Positions 55,121 to 64,000 of a stretch of 64,000 bases of DNA are shown piece after piece. Source of the DNA: an uncultured Chloroflexia bacterium (GTDB taxonomy: Bacteria; Chloroflexota; Limnocylindria; Limnocylindrales; CSP1-4). Made by a program: the position numbers and the translations under genes. The notes beneath the pieces were generated by a model. That model worked only from the letters and a program-made list of their open reading frames with translations. It was not told the DNA's origin and ran no database searches. The number at the start of each line of letters is the position of its first letter. The stretch's first letter is position 1. Where the stretch lies: assembly GCA_963712745.1 (NCBI GenBank), contig CAVQJC010000005.1:192001-256000 (forward strand), read 5' to 3'.

Positions 55121-55606
55121 CTATGTCGGGCGACCGGGCGCACCCGCCACATCGATGGCGCGCCGGAAGGCGCGCATCATCTCGGCCACCAGCTCGTTGT
55201 CGCGCATGGTCGAGCGGCGTATCGGGTCCCAGCGCACGGCGGTGAGGATGGCCAGCGGCCGGCGCCATGGCTCGGCCTCGTCCTCGGCCTCGCCCATGCG
55301 CATGCGGATGAGCTGGCGGCCATCTTCCTGGTCCAGCAATCCCATCAGCGCATTGGCCAGGGTGGGGCCGATGACCTGCAGCGGCGCGACCGGCGGTGGT
55401 CCGGCGGCCGGGGCTACGTCCCGGGCCTCGATGACGCCCTCGTCGTCCTCGACCCAGAGCGTGAAGATCCACCATCCGTCCTCGAGGATGGTGGGCTTGG
55501 TCATGCCGGGGCGTACGCGCGGGCCCGCGCTGCCGCCGGGTCCACGCAGCCGGAGCGGCTGGGCGCGCGCGAAGGACGGCCCCGGCGAGGGCATGCGCTC
55601 GCTCAT
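55121..55606 (-). CDS. Hypothetical protein
   Basis: 161-aa ORF co-oriented with guaA; alternative start at 55504. Confidence 0.6.
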   Translation of the reverse strand: MSERMPSPGPSFARAQPLRLRGPGGSAGPRVRPGMTKPTILEDGWWIFTLWVEDDEGVIEARDVAPAAGPPPVAPLQVIGPTLANALMGLLDQEDGRQLIRMRMGEAEDEAEPWRRPLAILTAVRWDPIRRSTMRDNELVAEMMRAFRRAIDVAGAPGRPT

Positions 55607-55643
55607 CGGCGGGGGCCGGCGGGGGCCGGCGGGGGCCTACCGG

Positions 55644-57527
55644 TCACTCCCACTCGATGGTGGCCGGCGGCTTGCTGCTGATGTCGTAGACCACGCGGTT
55701 CACGCCGGGCACTTCGTTGACGATGCGCGAGCTGATCTTGCCCAGCACGTCGTAGGGCAGCTTGGCCCAGTCGGCCGTCATGCCGTCCTCGCTGGTGACC
55801 GCGCGGATGGCCACGACGTTGGCGTAGGTGCGGCCGTCGCCCATGACGCCGACGCTGCGCACGGGCGTGAGGATGGCGAACGACTGCCACACGTTTCGAT
55901 ACAGGCCCGCGGCCTTGATCTCGTCGATGACGATCCAGTCGGCCTCACGCAGCGTGTCGAGCCGCTCACGGGTGACCTCGCCGATGATGCGGATGGCCAG
56001 GCCGGGCCCCGGGAACGGCTGGCGCATGACCATCTGCTCGGGCAGGTCGAGGGCCATACCCACCTTGCGCACCTCGTCCTTGAAGAGGTAGCGCAGTGGC
56101 TCGATGAGCTGGAAGCGCAGGTCGGACGGCAGGCCACCGACGTTGTGGTGGGTCTTGATCTTCTGGGCCGCCTTGGTCTCGGGCGCGGTCGACTCGATGA
56201 CGTCGGGATAGAGCGTGCCCTGGGTCAGGAAATCGATGCGCCCGATCTTGGCCGCTTCCTCCTCGAAGACGCGGATGAACTCGTCGCCGATGATGCGCCG
56301 CTTCTTCTCCGGGTCCTCCACGCCGGCGAGCCGCTTGAGGAAGCGGTCGCGGGCATCGACCATCACCAGGTTCATGCCTAGGTTGGCCTCGAACGTCTCG
56401 CGCAGGAGCTCCGACTCGCGCTTGCGCATGAGCCCGTGGTCGACGTAGATGCAGGTGAGACGGTCGCCGACCGCGCGGTGGACGAGGGCCGCTGCGACCG
56501 ACGAGTCGACACCGCCGGACAGGGCACAGATGACCTTGCCGTCGGAGCCCGTGGCCGCGGCCTGCTTATCGACGCGCTCTCGGATGCGCTCGACCGTGGA
56601 CTCGATGAAGTTGGCCGAGGTCCAGTTCGACTCGGCCCCGGCGATGCCGTGGACGAAGTTCGCGAGCACGTCCTTGCCGCGTGGCGTGTGTACGACCTCG
56701 GGGTGGAACTGGATGCCGTAGAGACCGCGGTCGGGGTCGGCCAGGCCAGCGTAGGGCGTGGAGTCGGTCTGGGCCGTGGAGTGGAAGCCGCTCGGGAGCC
56801 GGGTGATGGAATCGCCGTGGCTCATCCATACGGGCTGCTCGGAGCCGAGGTCACCGAGTAGCCGGTCGTCCTCCGCGGTGATCGAGATCGAGGCCGGGCC
56901 GTACTCACGGTGGTCGGATGGGAGCACGTCGCCGCCGAGCTCGATGGCCATCAGCTGTGCGCCGTAGCAGATGCCGAGCACGGGGATGCGGCCGGACCAG
57001 ATGGCCGGGTCGGGTCGGGGCGCGCCCTCGTCGTACACGGACATGGGGCCGCCACTGAGGATGATGCCTTTGATCTCACGGCGCCTGAGCTCCTCGAGCG
57101 GGGTGTCGAAGGGCAGCAGCTCGGCATAGACGTCGAGCTCTCGCACGCGGCGGGCGATGAGCTGGGAGAACTGGCTGCCGAAGTCGAGTACGACCACGCT
57201 GTCAGGCGGCTCCGGTGGGCGGCTGATGGTGGGACGGTCGTCCTCCGGTGGGCGTTCCGGGGCGGGTGCGTCGAGAGCCACCTCGAGGTAGGCCTCCACC
57301 TCCGCGTCATCTGGCGCCAGCACTCGGTGGCCGGCATTGGCGACCTCGCCGTGGACGGTCTTGCCACGCTCCTTCGGTGGCTTGCCCTGGTTGGGCACAT
57401 CGCCGCCCTCGTGCTGGTGGGGCGCCGCGTCGCCGCCCTCGTGCTGGTGGGGCGCCGCGTCGCCGCCCTCGTGCTGGTGGGGCGCCGCGTCGCCCTGCTT
57501 CACGTTCTCGTCAGCCGCGTCTGTCAA
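55644..57527 (-). CDS. guaA: GMP synthase (glutamine-hydrolysing) with an N-terminal extension
   Basis: [44 protein letters not shown]; start uncertain. Confidence 0.95.
   Translation of the reverse strand: MTDAADENVKQGDAAPHQHEGGDAAPHQHEGGDAAPHQHEGGDVPNQGKPPKERGKTVHGEVANAGHRVLAPDDAEVEAYLEVALDAPAPERPPEDDRPTISRPPEPPDSVVVLDFGSQFSQLIARRVRELDVYAELLPFDTPLEELRRREIKGIILSGGPMSVYDEGAPRPDPAIWSGRIPVLGICYGAQLMAIELGGDVLPSDHREYGPASISITAEDDRLLGDLGSEQPVWMSHGDSITRLPSGFHSTAQTDSTPYAGLADPDRGLYGIQFHPEVVHTPRGKDVLANFVHGIAGAESNWTSANFIESTVERIRERVDKQAAATGSDGKVICALSGGVDSSVAAALVHRAVGDRLTCIYVDHGLMRKRESELLRETFEANLGMNLVMVDARDRFLKRLAGVEDPEKKRRIIGDEFIRVFEEEAAKIGRIDFLTQGTLYPDVIESTAPETKAAQKIKTHHNVGGLPSDLRFQLIEPLRYLFKDEVRKVGMALDLPEQMVMRQPFPGPGLAIRIIGEVTRERLDTLREADWIVIDEIKAAGLYRNVWQSFAILTPVRSVGVMGDGRTYANVVAIRAVTSEDGMTADWAKLPYDVLGKISSRIVNEVPGVNRVVYDISSKPPATIEWE
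57401..57498. repeat. 30-bp tandem repeat x3 ([10 protein letters not shown])
   Basis: cgccgccctcgtgctggtggggcgccgcgt. Confidence 0.93.
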
Positions 57528-57609
57528 TCGGATCCCCTCGCCTGCTGCCCGCCGCTCCCGTGACTCCCGTCACCCCCAGTGAGAGCGAGTCTATCGGAGG
57601 CGGACCGCA

Positions 57610-57928
57610 GCCTCGTGCACGTCCCTCAGCAGGTGGTGGGCGCGACCTCAGCAGGGGGAGCGCGACCGTCAGCAACAGTGCGGCCTTCGGGGTCACCGTT
57701 GCGGCCTCGTGCGCGTCCCTCAGCAGGTGGTGGGCGCGACCGTCAGCAACCCCCAGGACGACTCTTCGCGATGATCGAACGAGTGCGGCCTTCGGGGTCA
57801 CCGTTGCGGCCTCGTGCGTGTCCCTCAGCAGGTGGTGGGCGCGACCGTCAGCAACCCCCAGGACGACTCTTCGCGATGATCGAACGAGTGCGGCCTTCGG
57901 GGTCACCGTTACGGCCTCGTGCGTGTCC
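57610..57928. repeat. 105-bp tandem repeat x~2.4 plus partial copies, including the left end of element B
   Basis: agtgcggccttcgggg at 57677, 57782 and 57887. Confidence 0.9.
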
Positions 57929-58043
57929 CAGAGGCTACAGATCCCAGACGCCGAGCGTGACGGCCATCCCCGCACAGGGCGCTGAGTGGTCCTCCCCGAC
58001 ACATCGTCCAGATCGGGCCGAGATCTGTCGATGACTGCGAAGA
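57868..58043. mobile_element. ~176-bp inverted-repeat element B
   Basis: TCTTCGCGATGATCGAACGA ... TCTGTCGATGACTGCGAAGA. Confidence 0.65.
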
Positions 58044-58083
58044 AGACGCCCGAAGCCGTCGACCGCCGTGACTCAGGCCGTCG

Positions 58084-58932
58084 CTAACGTATCTGGACCC
58101 GACGAGCGGCCTCGCTGTATCCCTGGATGCGCGGCCGGGCCGAGGTCAACGCCCGGTCGAGGCTGGCCGTGGGTGGCTGACGGCCGGTGGCGAAGGGGTC
58201 GAGCAGGACGAAGGAGCTGCTGCGGCCCGCGCTGGGTGGCTCCCCGCGAAGCCAAGCAGTGAGCCGATCGTCCGGGTCCGGGCAGAGCGTGCGGAACGTG
58301 GCCTTCCGAAGTCGAAGGCTGTGCAGTATCTCGGCCGACCACAGGCCGACCATCACGTGTGTCTCCGACACGAACCGGCGGATCTCGAGCTCGCGAGCGA
58401 GGGTGCGAGCCAGGTACTGCCGCTTGGCGTTGTAGCTGCCGGCCGCCTGCTGCAGGTCCGGGAAACGCGTGCGATTCTCGATGTGGAGTAGCGCCGCTGG
58501 GTCGAGCGTCCAAGCCAGGACATCGGCGCGGCCCGCGAACTGGTAGTGCTGGTAGGGGTGGTCTACGTCGACTACGTAGCCGAGTGCGCTGAGCCAGCGC
58601 GTCTCGATCTCGCCCATGGCAGCGTGGACGATGTCTGTCGACTCCCGCGTCGGTCGCCTCCGACGGCTGGCGGTGGACATCTCCAACGTCAGACCGAGCG
58701 CGACCGCGATCCGAGCGTACGTCTCCAGCGAAGCCACGCGCCCGGCCTCGACACCCGACACCGTTCCAACCGACACACGCGAGCGCCGAGCGACTTCGGT
58801 CAACGTCCACCCGCGACGCTGACGCTCCCTCTGCAAAGCAACGCCGGCGTCCACAGCCAGCCGGTCCCTGAGGGCGACTGCGGCTGGGAATGGCGGCGAG
58901 GCCGCGGAACGAGGTGACATCTTCGCAGTCAT
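58084..58932 (-). CDS. XRE-family HTH fused to a putative PD-(D/E)xK nuclease-like domain
   Basis: RQRRGWTLTEVARRSRVSVGTVSGVEAG; GRADVLAW..LLHIENRT; ATG at 58932 or 58920. Confidence 0.75.
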   Translation of the reverse strand: MTAKMSPRSAASPPFPAAVALRDRLAVDAGVALQRERQRRGWTLTEVARRSRVSVGTVSGVEAGRVASLETYARIAVALGLTLEMSTASRRRRPTRESTDIVHAAMGEIETRWLSALGYVVDVDHPYQHYQFAGRADVLAWTLDPAALLHIENRTRFPDLQQAAGSYNAKRQYLARTLARELEIRRFVSETHVMVGLWSAEILHSLRLRKATFRTLCPDPDDRLTAWLRGEPPSAGRSSSFVLLDPFATGRQPPTASLDRALTSARPRIQGYSEAARRVQIR

Positions 58933-59107
58933 TGAACGACGAGGGCCTTCACTGCCACTTACCGCGCGTCGGGGGACCGTGCGACACAAGCATGGGACGG
59001 ATCTTGAGCGTGGGCGGGCGAATGAAACGTCGACGGCCGTCAGCCTCGTACCGAAGTGGCAGCCGAAGACGGCCGAGGAGCTCGGTGTTCTTCGATCACT
59101 GCGAAGA
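58920..59107. mobile_element. ~188-bp inverted-repeat element C
   Basis: TCTTCGCAGTCATTGAACGA ... TTCTTCGATCACTGCGAAGA; inner inverted repeat ctgccactt/aagtggcag. Confidence 0.7.
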
Positions 59108-59119
59108 ATCCGCCGGATG

Positions 59120-59525
59120 TGGGGCCGGGCGGGACGTCGAGCGGCATCGCGTCGTCGTGGTGGGGCCGGGCGGGACGTCGAGCGGTCTCCTGTTCAACGA
59201 CCGAGTGGAACGCCAGGAAGTGCGGCCGGGCCGCGCCACCGGGCCACCGGGCCGGACGTCGAGCGGCCCCGCGGCGTCGTGGTGGGGCCGGGCGGGACGT
59301 CGAGCGGTCCCCTGTTCAACGACCGAGTGGAACGCCAGGAAGTGCGGCCGGGCCGCGCCACCGGGCCACCGGGCCGCGCCACCAGGCCACCGGACGGACT
59401 TCGAGCGGCGTCGTGCCGCCTGCGGCCGGGCCGCGCCACCGGGCCACCGGGCGGGACGTCGAGCGGCATCGCGGCGTCGTGGTGCGGCCGGGCCGCGCCT
59501 CCGGGCCATGCCGCCACCGCCGGGC
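59120..59525. repeat. Compound array with 122-bp period
   Basis: tgttcaacgaccgagtggaacgccaggaag at 59191 and 59313; ggacgtcgagcgg sub-units. Confidence 0.88.
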
Positions 59526-59613
59526 CGAGCGCGTGGCCGGCGCGGCCGAGATTGAGGCCGAGGCTAAGGCCGGGCCCGATGGCGGCGCCACCGCTTAGGC
59601 CGACGGTGGCATC

Positions 59614-60522
59614 GTGGACATCGAGGCACTGGCACAGGATCCGCTCCTCTTCTACATCGTTGCCACCGTCCTGGCGGTGGTGCTGACGGCGGGCCTGCTC
59701 GCCGTCCTGCGCATCCCCGGCGCATGGGTGCCGCTGCGCACGTGGTTCGTGATCCTGCCGATGGCGCTGGGTGCGATGTGGCTGGGCGGGGGCGCGTGGG
59801 GCGTCTTCGTGACCGTCATCTCGATGGTCGGCTTCAAGGAGTTCGCCCGCGTCACCGGGCTCTACCGACAGACGCTCTTCGTGCTCGTGGTCTACGGCGC
59901 CATCGTGGCCGAGAACGTCTTCGCCTATCTCGGCCGCTACGACTTCTTCATGGCCACGCCGACCTGGGCCATCCTCTCGCTCGCGCTCGTGCCCATCGTG
60001 CTGCGGCGCACCGATGGGATGCTGCAGTGGTTCGCCCTGGCCATCGTCGGCGTCGTCTTCTACGGCTACTTCCTGGCCCACCTGACGTACCTCTACCGCT
60101 CACCCGACGGGCTGGGGTATCTGCTCTTCGTGGTGCTCATGACGCAGCTCAACGACGCGCTGCAGTACCTCTACGGCAAGGCCGTAGGGCGCCACCACTG
60201 GACGCCCATCAGCCCCAACAAGACCGTCGAGGGCTCGCTGCTGGCCGGTCTCACCATCGTCATCCTGACGTTCCTGCAGGCGCCCATCGCGTTCCCCCAG
60301 GTGCCCCCGGCCGGAGTCCTCGCGGCGGGCCTCATCATCACCGTCGGTGGCCAGGTCGGCGACCTCACGATGGCCAACGTCAAGCGCAACGCCGGCGTCA
60401 AGGACTTCGGCACCATCCTGCCCGGCCACGGCGGACTCACCGACCGGCTCAACTCGCTGATGGTCACAGCACCCGCCTTCGCCCACATCATGGGCTACTT
60501 CTACGGGGGTTTACCCACGTGA
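59614..60522 (+). CDS. Phosphatidate cytidylyltransferase, YnbB-like
   Basis: TQLNDALQY, ISPNKTVEG, KRNAGVKDFGTILPGHGGLTDR. Confidence 0.9.
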   Translation: MDIEALAQDPLLFYIVATVLAVVLTAGLLAVLRIPGAWVPLRTWFVILPMALGAMWLGGGAWGVFVTVISMVGFKEFARVTGLYRQTLFVLVVYGAIVAENVFAYLGRYDFFMATPTWAILSLALVPIVLRRTDGMLQWFALAIVGVVFYGYFLAHLTYLYRSPDGLGYLLFVVLMTQLNDALQYLYGKAVGRHHWTPISPNKTVEGSLLAGLTIVILTFLQAPIAFPQVPPAGVLAAGLIITVGGQVGDLTMANVKRNAGVKDFGTILPGHGGLTDRLNSLMVTAPAFAHIMGYFYGGLPT

Positions 60523-61223
60523 GCCCTCACGCACGCCGCCGCTTCCGCTACGAACCCTTCCCTGACCTGGACCTGCCCCTAGCCGCTCGCCTTGGCCAGT
60601 ACCCGCGACAGCCTGACCTCATCCTCGACGTCAGTCGCGTCTTCGCGCGCACCATCGCGGCCGGCCTCTTCCGGCTGCAGTACCGGCTCGAGGTCGAAGG
60701 CACCCCGCCGAACCTGCCGCGCATCGCCATCATGGCCAACCACCAGAGCCACCTGGACACGCTGGCCATCCTGGCCGCCCTGCCCGAGCAGTACCGCCGC
60801 CGCGTGACCGTGCTGGCAGCCCGCGACTACTTCTTCGAGCACGCCTGCAGCGCACTGGCAGCGAACCTCTTCGGCCAGGCGGTGGCATTCGACCGTGGCA
60901 CTGAGCTGGCGGAGCTGCGCCGCTGGGCCAGGCTGCTACCGCGCATCGACGCGGGCTGGTTCCTGGTCTATCCCAGTGGCAGCCGCAAGCGCGTCGAGCC
61001 GCACTCCGGACTGGCCGGTGTGCTGGCCCGAAGTGGCTGGGCCGTGCTGCCCACCGCGCTGGCCGGCACCGCCGAAGCCTGGCCGGTGGGGCGACGCATC
61101 TGGCGACCGTTCAGGACGGTGCGAGTCACCTTCGGCGAACCCATCACCGAGCCGGACGAGTCCGACCTGCCGGGCCAGCTACTCGCCTTCTGGCAGGAGC
61201 ACGCGGAGATACGCCATGCCTGA
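60519..61223 (+). CDS. PlsC-like lysophospholipid acyltransferase
   Basis: ANHQSHLD, AARDYFF, VYPSGSR; GTGA overlap. Confidence 0.85.
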   Translation: MSPHARRRFRYEPFPDLDLPLAARLGQYPRQPDLILDVSRVFARTIAAGLFRLQYRLEVEGTPPNLPRIAIMANHQSHLDTLAILAALPEQYRRRVTVLAARDYFFEHACSALAANLFGQAVAFDRGTELAELRRWARLLPRIDAGWFLVYPSGSRKRVEPHSGLAGVLARSGWAVLPTALAGTAEAWPVGRRIWRPFRTVRVTFGEPITEPDESDLPGQLLAFWQEHAEIRHA

Positions 61224-61794
61224 CGTAGGCCTGTATCAGACCAAGTACGCCCTTCGGCGTTGGCTCGACCGCATTCCCTTCATCGAGCGCCTCCAGCCGA
61301 ACCATGTCTCGCTCGCCTCGCTCATCCCCTCGGGCGTGGCAGCGGTCTCTCTCTGGTTCGGCTGGTGGCCGCTCGTCATCCTCGGCATCGCCGGCCGCAT
61401 GGCGTTGACGGTCCTCGATGGCCTGCTCGCGGAGGCCTACGACAAGAAGACCCGCATCGGCCCGTATCTCAACCGCCTGCCCCAGGAGGTCGGGGACATC
61501 GCGCTCTTCCTGGCGCTCCTGCCCTGGGCCGACACGCGCTGGGTGGCACTCCTTCTCGGTTCGGCCTGGCTGGTCAACATCCTGGCCGTGCTGCCGGGGA
61601 TCGCCGGCGGCTCGCCCCAGCCGGTGGGTCCCGCCGGGCAGCCCGACCGCATCGCCATCGTGCTCGCGGCAGCAGCCCTCCACCTGTTCATCACGTTCGA
61701 CTGGACGTGGGTCTGCGTCCTGATCGTGGTGATCTCGGTCCCGACCGTCGCCCTGCGCATCTCGCGCACGGTCCGTGAACTGGGGCCGGCCTGA
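61216..61794 (+). CDS. CDP-alcohol phosphatidyltransferase, YnbA-like
   Basis: LYQTK, PNHVS, RMALTVLDGLLA, GPYLN..GD, GPAGQPDR. Confidence 0.82.
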   Translation: MPDVGLYQTKYALRRWLDRIPFIERLQPNHVSLASLIPSGVAAVSLWFGWWPLVILGIAGRMALTVLDGLLAEAYDKKTRIGPYLNRLPQEVGDIALFLALLPWADTRWVALLLGSAWLVNILAVLPGIAGGSPQPVGPAGQPDRIAIVLAAAALHLFITFDWTWVCVLIVVISVPTVALRISRTVRELGPA

Positions 61795-61805
61795 AGGGAG
61801 ACGAC

Positions 61806-62591
61806 ATGGACCTCTACCACCCCACCCTGCGCGTGCTGATGCGCACCGGTGGACGACTGTCCGACGGGATCCGGCTGGGCTACCGCGAGGGCTTCAACTC
61901 GGGAACGATGGTCGACTACGTGTACGCCAACCGGGCTCACGGCTTCACGCCGCTGGGACGGCTGGTGGACCGGGTCATGCTCGATCACTCCGTGTGGCAG
62001 GGCGTGCGCGCCCGTCGCGGGCTGCTCATCGGCCAGCTCGACCGCGCCATCGGCCGACGACCCGGCCAACGGCTGCTCGACGTCGCGGCCGGGCCGGGCT
62101 CCTACCTCTTCGAGCTGCCGGTCGCTGCCGCCGACTACTACGCCGGCGATATCGACGCCGACGAACGCGCCCGCGGGATCGCCCGTGCCAGGGCCCAGGG
62201 GCGGGCCGACATCCACTTCGTCGAGGCCGACGCCTTCGACCCCTCGACCTGGCCGCATCGGCGCTTCGACATCCTCGTGGCCTCCGGCTTCTTCGACCTG
62301 CTGGTCGAGCTGGCCGATGTTCGTCGTCTGCTGGCGGCCGGGACCGCGGGCACCGAGCCCGGCGCGCGATGGGTGCTCTCGGTCATGTCAGGCCATCCCG
62401 ACCTCAGACTGCTGAGCGACGTGCTTGTCGACTGGGACGGTGAGCCATGGACCGCGGTGACCCGCAGCGCCGACGAGGTCATCGCCGAGGCCGAGCCCTT
62501 CGGCTGGCAGGCGTTGACGGTCGAGCACGAACCCCGCGGCCAGTTCGGCGTGCTGACGCTGGAACGAGTCGCCCGCGGCAAGGAGGTGTGA
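61806..62591 (+). CDS. SAM-dependent methyltransferase (YnbC C-terminal-domain-like)
   Basis: LSDGIRLG..GFNSG..DYVYAN, LLDVAAGPGSY, VASGFFD. Confidence 0.8.
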   Translation: MDLYHPTLRVLMRTGGRLSDGIRLGYREGFNSGTMVDYVYANRAHGFTPLGRLVDRVMLDHSVWQGVRARRGLLIGQLDRAIGRRPGQRLLDVAAGPGSYLFELPVAAADYYAGDIDADERARGIARARAQGRADIHFVEADAFDPSTWPHRRFDILVASGFFDLLVELADVRRLLAAGTAGTEPGARWVLSVMSGHPDLRLLSDVLVDWDGEPWTAVTRSADEVIAEAEPFGWQALTVEHEPRGQFGVLTLERVARGKEV

Positions 62592-62592
62592 G

Positions 62593-63246
62593 GTGAGGAC
62601 CGCCTGGATCACCGGTGCCACGGGAGCGTGGGGCGGCGCATTCGCGGGTGCCTTGCTGGAGGCCGGCTACGACATCACGGCGCTGGGCCGGAGGGACACT
62701 CCCGACCTGGCCGCCCGCGCTGCCGAGCTGGGCCGGAGCCTGACGTTGGCCCCCTTCGACCTGGCCGACCCCCTGTCCGACCTGCCCGAAGGCGCGCCCG
62801 AGGTGCTCATCCACGCCGCGGTGTCGACCGAGGGCGACCGGACCGAGCTGGTGAGGGCCGACTACCTGGCCCCCGCCGCCCTCATCGAGCACACGGCCAC
62901 CGCCATGCTCGAGCGCGGTCGCGGTCGCATCGGCGTGCTCGTGCCGCAGAACGCGCGGCTGGGCCTGGGCGGGCTAGGCGACTTCTCGGCCGCACAGGCA
63001 GCGCTATGGACCTGGTGCGAAGCCCGGCGCGACGAGCTGGCCGGAGAGCCCGGGGATGTCTCGCTGACCATCGTAATTCCAGGCCGGACCTCCTCACCCA
63101 CCCAGCGCTTCGTCTCCGAGCACAGCGGCCACAACGCCCGACTCGCAGCACCGGACGCGACCGTGCCGCTCAGCGCCGTGCTGGCCGGGAAACGCCGCGC
63201 CGGGCGTCGCCCGGTCCTGGCCGCACTGGCGATGCTCTTCCGCTGA
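62593..63246 (+). CDS. Short-chain dehydrogenase/reductase (atypical)
   Basis: ITGATGAWG Rossmann motif; FSAAQ where YxxxK is expected. Confidence 0.75.
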   Translation: MRTAWITGATGAWGGAFAGALLEAGYDITALGRRDTPDLAARAAELGRSLTLAPFDLADPLSDLPEGAPEVLIHAAVSTEGDRTELVRADYLAPAALIEHTATAMLERGRGRIGVLVPQNARLGLGGLGDFSAAQAALWTWCEARRDELAGEPGDVSLTIVIPGRTSSPTQRFVSEHSGHNARLAAPDATVPLSAVLAGKRRAGRRPVLAALAMLFR

Positions 63247-63252
63247 CTGCCT

Positions 63253-63352
63253 CGGCCACGCAGGCTGACCGGTTCAGCCATGCCGGCTGAACGGATCGGC
63301 CATGCAGCCGGTTCGGCCACGCAGGTTGACCGGATCGGCCATGCAGGCGGTC
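63253..63352. repeat. Degenerate tandem array between convergent genes
   Basis: cggcca(c/t)gcagg units. Confidence 0.75.
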
Positions 63353-64000
63353 AGCCGCGCGGCATGCCCCATCGCGCGCGGTCGAAGAACGACGGATGTT
63401 CATCGGTCGCGTCCCGCCACGGCCGCAGGAAGTCGCGGCCGAGCCCAGCGGTGCCGCCGAGTGCGAGGACATACCCGGTCAGCCGCAGGCCGCAACGGAA
63501 ACCGTTGCGGAGCTCGTAGGGCAGGCCCTCGGGCGGCTCGATACGCGAGGCGTCGACGGCAGCCAGGCGAGCGCTCACCAGCGGCGGGTTCGGACGCTCG
63601 GGAGCTCCGGGGAACCAGTCCTCACCCGGTCGCCCGTAGAGGAAGTCGCCCATGTGGCGTTCCCACGACCGCGCCAGGCGCTCGGCCGCGCTGAGCGACA
63701 TCAGCCGCGCATCGTCGAGGAAGGTGATGACCTGGTCCTGGGCCGGGCCGTAGCGGGCGTGTCCGACGGAAGCCTCCCACGGTGCCGAGCAACGAGCCTC
63801 GAGGGCGGCGAGGACGGCGGGGTCCTGCGTGCGCTGACGGAGGAGGCTCCCGAGCAGGATCCACTGGGCGTAGGCGTTGGCCACCGCGGCCCCGTTGCCG
63901 AAGACGCGACCGCGCGGGAACAGGAGCGGCCGGCTTTCGTCGACACGTTCGGCCCAGACCAGTGAGATCGCATCCTCCAGCGCCAGCGACCTGGCCCACA
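63351..64000 (-). CDS. Hypothetical protein, probably 5'-truncated by the window edge
   Basis: ORF 63351..63884; the frame appears to continue towards the window end. Confidence 0.5.
   Translation of the reverse strand, partial: WARSLALEDAISLVWAERVDESRPLLFPRGRVFGNGAAVANAYAQWILLGSLLRQRTQDPAVLAALEARCSAPWEASVGHARYGPAQDQVITFLDDARLMSLSAAERLARSWERHMGDFLYGRPGEDWFPGAPERPNPPLVSARLAAVDASRIEPPEGLPYELRNGFRCGLRLTGYVLALGGTAGLGRDFLRPWRDATDEHPSFFDRARWGMPRG

Noticed and set aside
55644-55700. guaA 3' end as an integration site for a genomic island
   Set aside because: No integrase or duplicated att sequence was seen nearby.
57610-59525. 105-bp and 122-bp periodic repeats as CRISPR arrays
   Set aside because: Whole units are duplicated with no unique spacers, and there are no cas genes.

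Overview
High-GC bacterial window. Gene content (sortase fusion, DUF4012, DUF354, FlgD-Ig surface protein) suggests a monoderm, possibly Chloroflexota, which is an inference. About 1-47 kb is a large cell-surface glycan region: rmlABCD, a dTDP-amino-sugar/GtrAB module, many glycosyltransferases, Wzm/Wzt, five sulfotransferase domains and cysC. A Fic gene and a pfkB-rdgB-rph-mazG-cysC-PPIase block interrupt it. Then come mreC-mreB-radC, guaA, an XRE-HTH/PD-(D/E)xK-like gene and a ynb-like phospholipid operon. Main hidden structure: (1) three homologous ~180-bp elements bounded by ~20-bp inverted repeats (consensus TCTTCGCRRTSATYGAACGA). Two bracket the HTH-nuclease gene and one is a solo copy 30 kb away, a REPIN/RAYT-like arrangement without a known transposase. 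(2) About 30 short, diverged tandem arrays, mostly at gene ends and beside these elements. (3) A duplicated palindromic operator over the Fic start. About 15 single-base frameshifts are most likely sequencing errors, and the affected genes are reported joined across them.
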